From a virus (lineage: Duplodnaviria; Caudoviricetes), in IMG/VR virus record IMGVR_UViG_3300038673_000301, positions 1-46,461 of that record: a stretch of 46,461 nucleotides of DNA. One strand, 5' to 3'. A program made the position numbers and the translations under genes. This document shows, in pieces, positions 1 to 5,962 of this stretch. Numbering within the stretch: position 1 is the first letter of the stretch; every line of letters begins with the position of its first letter. A model generated the notes under the pieces. It ran no database searches. It was not told where the DNA came from and saw only the letters and a program-made list of their open reading frames with translations.

Positions 1-55
1 TTGTTGCCGGGTCCACGTCGGCGGCCGCGCGAATATAAAATTTTAAGAAGTCGCT
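1..55 (+). repeat. Terminal direct repeat, left copy (circular overlap)
   Basis: Bases 1-55 are identical to 46353-46407. The 55-bp length matches a common assembler k-mer size. Confidence 0.95.
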
Positions 56-274
56 GTAAACCCGATCGGGCCCGTACCTGCAGCCCAACTCTTTAATCTT
101 CGTAAAAAACTTATCATCTACCGGACCATACCAGCCGTGTGTGTATATGCATACATCATCGTAAATACCATATAACGGCGTCCTTATAAAAATACAAAAA
201 TCGTCAAAACGGCCCCGGCCAAACCAAATACGGGTACCGTTTTTTAAAACAGTTATTTCTTTTTCAGCTTCCAC
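1..274 (-). CDS. N-terminal half of a conserved hypothetical protein (DUF7004-like) spanning the circular junction
   Basis: Manual translation from GTG at 274 gives EAEKEITVLKNGTRIWFGRGRFDDFCIFIRT...YGPDRVYSDFLKFY with no stop, in frame with ORF 46087..46368. The start codon is uncertain. Confidence 0.7.
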   Translation of the reverse strand, partial: MEAEKEITVLKNGTRIWFGRGRFDDFCIFIRTPLYGIYDDVCIYTHGWYGPVDDKFFTKIKELGCRYGPDRVYSDFLKFYIRAAADVDPAT

Positions 275-373
275 GCGGACCACAGCCCCCCGTAGATTAG
301 CCACAACCACACACCCACGGCCAAAACCACGCCAACCAGCGCGACAACAACTTCATAAACCCCTGTCGTTTTA

Positions 374-592
374 TCACTTCCTTATTTTTTCTATAAGTTC
401 CCTCGTGTAGAAACTGTTTGAACCGTTCAACTGGTCGATGCACAAAGAAACATCGGTAACTACACGAAAAATATAATATAGTCCTATGTTGGTTATTAAG
501 AGCATCACGCCAATAAAAAAAAGCGCGGCGGTTGCCGGGTCAATCGTCATCGTCCGGGCCTCCGTCGCGTTCTGCTTGCATATCATGTTCAT
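374..592 (-). CDS. Small membrane protein
   Basis: One hydrophobic segment, AALFFIGVMLLITNIGLYYIF. Confidence 0.55.
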   Translation of the reverse strand: MNMICKQNATEARTMTIDPATAALFFIGVMLLITNIGLYYIFRVVTDVSLCIDQLNGSNSFYTRELIEKIRK

Positions 593-929
593 AATCCTGC
601 TGTACCAGCGCCATAAGTTCGCGGTGTTTCATTTCCCGCCATTCGTCCTCTGTTGGCTTCGGGGTCGGCGGGTATATGGGCCAGCCCTTCCGCAATATAA
701 AATCGGCGTCGGCCAGCACGGGCGCGGCGCGGATTACCGTTTTCTTTCCAATCTTGCGAAATACGGACCCCTGCAATGTCGCGCGGTCGGTGCGATATAG
801 CAATAACTGGCCCGGTATATACTGTACGCGGCCTACGTCGTGGTATGTTGCCCCGTCCACGTTCACAAAAAGCTGCCCGGTGTGTGTAATGACACTTATA
901 AAAATTTCCTTAATGGGCCGGGCGGTCAT
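540..929 (-). CDS. Hypothetical early protein, paralog 3 of a tandem family
   Basis: N-terminus IKEIFI..LFVNVDGATYHDV resembles the two upstream genes; ATGA overlap with the upstream gene. Confidence 0.7.
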   Translation of the reverse strand: MTARPIKEIFISVITHTGQLFVNVDGATYHDVGRVQYIPGQLLLYRTDRATLQGSVFRKIGKKTVIRAAPVLADADFILRKGWPIYPPTPKPTEDEWREMKHRELMALVQQDYEHDMQAERDGGPDDDD

Positions 930-1261
930 TGTTCCCGCCCCCTTATGTGTTTGCCGGCGGTGCTGTTGGAACTTACCGGCATACCGTTTATTAGCACATT
1001 ATAAACCAGCATCGGCGGCACGGGGTACCCGTCCGGGTCCGGGCCGGCCCAACGCATGACAATTTCGGTCCGGGTATAATGCAACTTGCCGCGCGCGATT
1101 CCGGTTATTTTGCCATCGGGCCCGCGCATGAATAGCGCGGCTGTTTGTCCCGGCGTGTATGTCACCGTTTCCACATTGTAAAAGGTCGCCCCGTCGGCCG
1201 TTACTGCAAACAGCCGCGTTTCGGGCACCTGATTTATTTCAAGTTTCTTTATGAAGTCCAT
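926..1261 (-). CDS. Hypothetical early protein, paralog 2
   Basis: IKKLEI..LFAVTADGATFYNV; GGAGG RBS upstream. Confidence 0.75.
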   Translation of the reverse strand: MDFIKKLEINQVPETRLFAVTADGATFYNVETVTYTPGQTAALFMRGPDGKITGIARGKLHYTRTEIVMRWAGPDPDGYPVPPMLVYNVLINGMPVSSNSTAGKHIRGREQ

Positions 1262-1291
1262 ATAAGTTGCCTCCTTATTGCGGGTGGGGCA

Positions 1292-1648
1292 TCAATCCAC
1301 CTGATTTAGTCTGTTTTTTAATCGTTGCATTTTTTCATTCCATACGGCATTAAAAACACCTTCATCGTTGTATACCTCACCGACCGGTACTATCTTCAAA
1401 AACTTGCCGGGTGTGTAAACCGGTTCATCAAAACCACGGCCGACCCACCCGACATATATTATCCGTGTCTTGTCTGTCATAACCGGCTGGGTGTGGAACA
1501 TCAGGTCGCCACCAAACAGCCCGTTTATGTCGCCCTCTCTACATATTACAATTTCAGTCATTCCATAAACCGAAACCCCGTCTGCTTCAAGCGAAAGGTC
1601 TTTCCCGTGATTGGTTATCATTACTTTCTTAATTATCTTGGTCCTCAT
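1292..1648 (-). CDS. Hypothetical early protein, paralog 1
   Basis: IIKKVMI..LSLEADGVSVYGM; GGAGG RBS favours the ATG at 1648 (MRTK). Confidence 0.7.
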   Translation of the reverse strand: MRTKIIKKVMITNHGKDLSLEADGVSVYGMTEIVICREGDINGLFGGDLMFHTQPVMTDKTRIIYVGWVGRGFDEPVYTPGKFLKIVPVGEVYNDEGVFNAVWNEKMQRLKNRLNQVD

Positions 1649-1673
1649 TTTAAATGCCTCCATACACCGAATT

Positions 1674-1763
1674 TAAGGAAAGCGGTATCGGTGAAGGGGC
1701 TTATCCCCCGCCGCTCTGTAATGGGCCGGTCGGGTGCCGCTTCGGCCCTGCCGTCTTTCCTTA
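1674..1763 (-). ncRNA. Candidate structured 5' leader RNA (three-way junction)
   Basis: Closing helix UAAGGAAAG/CUUUCCUUA with inner stems GGGCCG/CGGCCC and GGGG/CCCC; lies between a promoter and an RBS. Confidence 0.45.
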
Positions 1764-1802
1764 GTAGTTAGTATGTACTTAATGTTATATATAACCTTCG
1801 CT
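1761..1802 (-). promoter_or_regulatory. Archaeal promoter, early type
   Basis: Minus strand AGCGAAGG (BRE) + TTATATATAA, then TACTAACTACTAA near the expected start site; near-twin at 3384-3426. Confidence 0.7.
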
Positions 1803-1808
1803 TTGTTA

Positions 1809-2624
1809 TCACGTGGTGTTTTTGCTCTCCAATATTTTTTTAATTTCAATCAACTTCTCTACTTCCAAACTTTCAAAATTAATCTTTTTGATTATATTAA
1901 GCGCGGCTTCCCGCGCCTGTTGCCGCCGGATTATTTCGACGGCTTCCGGGGTCGCGGGTTCCAATACGGCCGATTGCCGGCCCCTGTGAACCGCTGTTCC
2001 GTCGTTATAAAAAAGTTCCATATTCTGTTTAACTTTTATTTTGCCGGCCGGCGTGATGTGGTCCACGGTGCTTAATATTTTTTTGTTGTTGCTTAGTGCA
2101 ATTATCACCGGATCACCCGCGCGTAGTTCTTCCAGCCAGTTTCCCGCCGGGGCCTTCGGCCGCTGTTTTTGTTTATATACATCAATAATACGGTGTGAAA
2201 TCCGTTTCCCTGCACCCACGGGTAAACCGGACAAATAAAAATCTACTTTACAGTTTTGCAGCTTAACGATACCACCGGGCAGAACTTCCGTTGCCGTATC
2301 GGTTATAAACCCCGACGGCCCGCGTATATAAACAGTATCGCCCGCCTTTATGTTGAATGACTTGTTTAACTTTTTCATTTTGAATACCCCACTTATAGCG
2401 AAAGTTTGGCACGTGCGTTTCTTAGCATGACGCAACTCCGATCGGACATATAGAACATTAGACGCACTCGACACATTAAAAGAATAAGAAATGTTAATGC
2501 CCGGCGGCATGTCCGGGCCGCCCGACACTGTAATATATTTATAACCGTGGTCACTGTACGGCATCTTGTGTCCACCATTCCTCCCGCGCGTACGCAATGG
2601 GCCGACCCGCACCGATGATAACAA
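1809..2624 (-). CDS. Hypothetical protein with two tandem SH3/KOW-like repeats (start probably 2378 or 2564)
   Basis: IKAGDTVYI...PGGIVKL...FYLSG versus LRAGDPVII...PAGKIKV...FYNDG. Confidence 0.6.
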   Translation of the reverse strand: MLSSVRVGPLRTRGRNGGHKMPYSDHGYKYITVSGGPDMPPGINISYSFNVSSASNVLYVRSELRHAKKRTCQTFAISGVFKMKKLNKSFNIKAGDTVYIRGPSGFITDTATEVLPGGIVKLQNCKVDFYLSGLPVGAGKRISHRIIDVYKQKQRPKAPAGNWLEELRAGDPVIIALSNNKKILSTVDHITPAGKIKVKQNMELFYNDGTAVHRGRQSAVLEPATPEAVEIIRRQQAREAALNIIKKINFESLEVEKLIEIKKILESKNTT

Positions 2625-2811
2625 TTTCCTTATAGCGCCGGGTTTCTGTGGATAGTTGATAATCTGTTAAAATAAATTCAACTTTGCCGACTACCGGGTG
2701 TTCGTGTGCTTCCCCGGCGGCGTTTATTGCGGCCTGTACTTCCATTTCGGCGGCCCGTGGGTCGTCCTCAATAAGCCCGTTTAAATACATTATAAAAGTT
2801 TTAAGATTCAT
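2551..2811 (-). CDS. Hypothetical protein
   Basis: 86-aa ORF with GGAGG RBS, in the minus-strand operon. Confidence 0.65.
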   Translation of the reverse strand: MNLKTFIMYLNGLIEDDPRAAEMEVQAAINAAGEAHEHPVVGKVEFILTDYQLSTETRRYKEIVIIGAGRPIAYAREEWWTQDAVQ

Positions 2812-2937
2812 TAGAATCTTCCTCCAATCTTTTTAAGCGTTCGAGGTAGTGTACCTGTGTAAGTCCACGGGCAACAACCATTACCCGCGAAACATATTCT
2901 ATTCTTTGTATATCTTTCATATCGTCGTCGAAAGACA

Positions 2938-3183
2938 CTATAAAACCCCCATCTTATACAAGATGTTTCCCAAAGTTACAAACTTCCTAACATCATAAAG
3001 CCCCTGCACGATGTCGGCCTCTTCGCTGATTCTCTTATAATCTTCGGCATAATCGCCGCCGATGTGTATAAGCATGTGATAAACCAGCGCCGGCCGGCTT
3101 ATGTCGTTCGGGTCGGCTATGATTAAGTCGAATACGGGCATATTAAACACCGTCCCACCCGTCGGACACGGGCAAAAATACAA
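2938..3183 (-). CDS. Hypothetical protein (start probably ATG 3141)
   Basis: Minus-strand ORF abutting the upstream gene. Confidence 0.55.
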   Translation of the reverse strand: MYFCPCPTGGTVFNMPVFDLIIADPNDISRPALVYHMLIHIGGDYAEDYKRISEEADIVQGLYDVRKFVTLGNILYKMGVL

Positions 3184-3361
3184 GGTCTTTAACCGCCCAT
3201 GTTAAGAATTTTTCCCAGTCGCCGACAGTGCCGGCCACGTCGCAACACACCGCAAAACCGCCGTCGGCCCGGTCTACAAATGCGTAGCGGTTGTTTATCG
3301 ACACACAAAAACGGTATTTTACACCGTCTACCTCAAAAATTTTATCTGTGTATGGTTTCAT
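3143..3361 (-). CDS. Hypothetical early protein
   Basis: ATG with GGAGG RBS directly behind a promoter. Confidence 0.7.
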   Translation of the reverse strand: MKPYTDKIFEVDGVKYRFCVSINNRYAFVDRADGGFAVCCDVAGTVGDWEKFLTWAVKDLVFLPVSDGWDGV

Positions 3362-3383
3362 GTCTTGTTGCCTCCATGTATCG

Positions 3384-3426
3384 TTAGTGGTTAGTATATA
3401 CTTGTTTATTTATATACCTTTCGGCT
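3384..3426 (-). promoter_or_regulatory. Archaeal promoter, early type (twin of 1761-1802)
   Basis: AGCCGAAAGG + TATATAAA, then TACTAACCACTAA. Confidence 0.7.
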
Positions 3427-3478
3427 CATGGGCCGGACACCATGAAACGACCCGCAAGACCACGGACAATATAAACCA

Positions 3479-3493
3479 GCGAAACATTTATAT
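3479..3493 (+). promoter_or_regulatory. Plus-strand BRE/TATA promoter, divergent
   Basis: GCGAAACATTTATAT, with no convincing plus-strand CDS downstream. Confidence 0.5.
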
Positions 3494-3514
3494 CATAACA
3501 ATTGCATATTTTAA

Positions 3515-3630
3515 CGCGTATAGGTGTTTTCAGTGGGTCCGCCTATACTGCCTCCATTTTGCGCGGCGCCTGATCAGGTAAAATCCGGCCCGGCGTTTGT
3601 CCGTTCCGGTTCTGCATGTCGCGCCGCGCT
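3515..3630 (+). ncRNA. Candidate antisense small RNA with two hairpins and an anti-SD linker
   Basis: Stems GTATAGGTG/CGCCTATAC (3518-3548) and GCGCGGCGC/GCGCCGCGC (3561-3629) flank the linker TGCCTCCATTTT. Confidence 0.4.
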
Positions 3631-3761
3631 TAATAACGTCTATATTTTTTAAGCGTTTCGTCAATGATACGCAACGGCAGCGCGCGGGTATCATCACATT
3701 CCGGGTCGGCTTCCTGCATTTCGGTTAATGTTCTGTGCATCTTCAACTCTAAACGGCGCAT
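3630..3761 (-). CDS. Small hypothetical protein (43 aa)
   Basis: Manual translation MRRLELKMHRTLTEMQEADPECDD...; TAATG overlap with the upstream gene. Confidence 0.5.
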   Translation of the reverse strand: MRRLELKMHRTLTEMQEADPECDDTRALPLRIIDETLKKYRRY

Positions 3762-3997
3762 TACTCTTCGTATAACTTTATGTTGTTGTCGATGTCGGCT
3801 ATTATCCATATATAACGGCCCCCGCCCACATTTTTATATTTCGTGATAAACCCCCTGCCCACGGCCCGGCGCAACATACCAACATCCTGTAAAAACGATG
3901 GCAGTTCGTCGTGTGTAAACGGTTCATCCCGCGTAAACTTGTATAGTTTTTTTAACCAGATGGCAACCGCGCCCTGTGGTCTACGCCGGGCCGCCAT
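3761..3997 (-). CDS. Hypothetical protein, possibly winged-helix DNA binding
   Basis: Basic 78-aa ORF, helix then GFITKY..GGGRYIW beta-hairpin pattern. Confidence 0.55.
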   Translation of the reverse strand: MAARRRPQGAVAIWLKKLYKFTRDEPFTHDELPSFLQDVGMLRRAVGRGFITKYKNVGGGRYIWIIADIDNNIKLYEE

Positions 3998-3999
3998 GT

Positions 4000-4188
4000 T
4001 TACGGCCCCGGTGTTTCAAGTTCTTTTAAAATAACGGCTTGGGCCCCGTTTCCATAATCGATAAATATAAACGTGTGCCCCACCTGCACGCCCGGCAGCC
4101 CGGTTAAAATAACGGACAACTGTTCAAAGTCTATTGTTTCGGTATCAAGCGTTAGCCCACTTTCACCGTTTAAAATATTTATGTTCAT
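4000..4188 (-). CDS. Hypothetical protein
   Basis: 62-aa ORF with GGAGG RBS, tightly packed. Confidence 0.6.
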   Translation of the reverse strand: MNINILNGESGLTLDTETIDFEQLSVILTGLPGVQVGHTFIFIDYGNGAQAVILKELETPGP

Positions 4189-4622
4189 TTAAACTTCCTC
4201 CATTTCTCTATAACCGGCCCCGCGTCCCATGTTATAACAAAAACCGGCTTGCAGAACCAACATTCATCCCGGCGCGACATAAACCAGTCATCCGCGTGTT
4301 GGAAATCCTCGAAACCATCCAGCCGCGCCCATTCGTCGCGCTCTTCCCGCGACATTTTATATATATCAACTTCTTCAATTTTTAGAACTTTAACTGTCCC
4401 AAAATGGTTCGTATGATGTGGACACGGGGCCCCGTCGCTTCCCGCCCTTTCACATTCGGCAATACAGTTATGACAGCCGCGTTTGTGCCGGGGTTTAAAA
4501 TATAAATGAAGTTCAGAACCGGCCCGTATCCGCCGGCGGTTTGAAGAACGGGTCGTTTGGCATTTCGCCCCGGTTTTTATGGGGTCTACGTGCTTCCGTT
4601 CACTAAACATCATCATAACCAC
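4185..4622 (-). CDS. ASCH/PUA-domain protein with Cys-rich insertion
   Basis: IKTGAKCQTTR (GxKxxxxR), G.ELHLY, FGTVKV and ARLDGF motifs. Confidence 0.75.
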   Translation of the reverse strand: MVMMMFSERKHVDPIKTGAKCQTTRSSNRRRIRAGSELHLYFKPRHKRGCHNCIAECERAGSDGAPCPHHTNHFGTVKVLKIEEVDIYKMSREERDEWARLDGFEDFQHADDWFMSRRDECWFCKPVFVITWDAGPVIEKWRKFK

Positions 4623-4852
4623 CGGCAGCCCCCCGTCTGTGTGTGTCCGCCCACGGCCCGGCGTTTGTGAATAACGGTTGTATCACACATAGAACATCTA
4701 TAAGTTTCTACGACCGTGTAATATGCTTCAGTAACGCTGCCCATAATCCGCGCCGGGGCCGGGTCCAGCCCGGTAAAACAGAACGGGCAGCGGTGTTCTT
4801 TTTGTATTGAAATCAGGTTACACGCCCCCCATAATTTCTTCAAACTGTTCAA
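4613..4852 (-). CDS. Zinc-ribbon protein
   Basis: CPFC...CSMC. Confidence 0.6.
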   Translation of the reverse strand: MNSLKKLWGACNLISIQKEHRCPFCFTGLDPAPARIMGSVTEAYYTVVETYRCSMCDTTVIHKRRAVGGHTQTGGCRWL

Positions 4853-5258
4853 CGGCGCCGGGGTGTGATTCCGTTACGTGGCCGGCGACGTCGTCCACCA
4901 CTTTTTTAAGAACGATCGCCGGCAGCAAAAGTTCGTCTTTCCGTAGTTTGGCCGCTTGTGCCGGCTTCTTATGTTCGCGCATTTCATACAATATGAATAT
5001 ATCGCGCGCGGCGTCCGTGACCATTGAAACCAACCGGCCCAACTGTGATTGGTTCGGGTGTTCCGGGGCCCATCTGATAAGAAGTTCGCCGGCTATGTGC
5101 ATGATACGCCCACGGGCCAGCCACTTGCCCCGGCCTTCCTGTCCTGCAGCCAGTTCATATTCTGCTATCAGGTTTTTTAGAATGTTTACAAGGTCATCGT
5201 CGGTATAATCCACTGTTCTAAAATCCTTCTTCTCAAAATTCTCTCCGATGTTGAACAT
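4818..5258 (-). CDS. Hypothetical helical protein
   Basis: 146-aa ATG ORF in the operon. Confidence 0.7.
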   Translation of the reverse strand: MFNIGENFEKKDFRTVDYTDDDLVNILKNLIAEYELAAGQEGRGKWLARGRIMHIAGELLIRWAPEHPNQSQLGRLVSMVTDAARDIFILYEMREHKKPAQAAKLRKDELLLPAIVLKKVVDDVAGHVTESHPGAVEQFEEIMGGV

Positions 5259-5262
5259 ATTA

Positions 5263-5880
5263 TCACTTCACAAAATATTTCCAATACAAGTCAATAAAAT
5301 ATTGGGTTTCAAAACAAACCATTTTTAAATCTTCCTTTTTATATTCAGGGTTGGCCCGGTGAACCTTCCGTATCTTCCGCAGCCGTTCATACCGCGACCG
5401 CCGGACCCCGGACATTAACGCCTTTATTTGTGGGGTCGTGCGTTTATGAACTTGCGGGAATTTTTTAATATCTTTCAACGCGGCCCGGCGGGCCTCTGCT
5501 GCTAAATACCGGCCGTGTTCGTCCCAATATCGCTCGACCATGTATTTAGTTTCCACACAAAAAACCAATAATTCATGTTGCGTCGCGTGTGGGTGTTTCT
5601 TATGGTATTCATGCAGCCGATTTATCCGGGCATCGCGCATAACTTTTTTCACATGTTGTTTATTACAGAACAATTCAAACTGCACATCTTCACGCGATAC
5701 CGGGGCCTTAGATTCCGTTAGTTCAATGTATAACGGCACTTTAAATCGTATTTTGCATCTTTCGCATACCCAATGGCCGGCGCGGGGTCGGCGATATACG
5801 CAACCATAGCGCCCACACATCGGACACGCGGCCCGCTTCCGGGTTATGACGTCGCCAACTTCCGGCATTCCGAATTTCAA
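5263..5880 (-). CDS. Zinc-ribbon protein with two tandem basic helical repeats (possible regulator)
   Basis: CPMC..CERC; repeats RINRL..HP...EL...C.ET.Y.V..YW and RLRKI..NP...DL...C.ET.Y.I..YW; GGAGG RBS before TTG. Confidence 0.7.
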   Translation of the reverse strand: MKFGMPEVGDVITRKRAACPMCGRYGCVYRRPRAGHWVCERCKIRFKVPLYIELTESKAPVSREDVQFELFCNKQHVKKVMRDARINRLHEYHKKHPHATQHELLVFCVETKYMVERYWDEHGRYLAAEARRAALKDIKKFPQVHKRTTPQIKALMSGVRRSRYERLRKIRKVHRANPEYKKEDLKMVCFETQYFIDLYWKYFVK

Positions 5881-5962
5881 ACTTTAAAACGCCTCCTTTA
5901 TCGTTTTTAATATGTATTTATTCCTTTAAATTACTTCCGGCCCGCCTAAAAGGTATAGGTTC

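Noticed and set aside
1-55. The 55-bp terminal repeat as a biological DTR or attL/attR
   Set aside because: The length equals a common assembly k-mer, it lies mid-gene, no integrase is present, and the branch is explained by the IS allele.
3561-3629. Hammerhead ribozyme or SRP-like RNA
   Set aside because: CTGATCA does not match CUGANGA, there is no properly placed GAAA, and the SRP helix-8 motif is absent.
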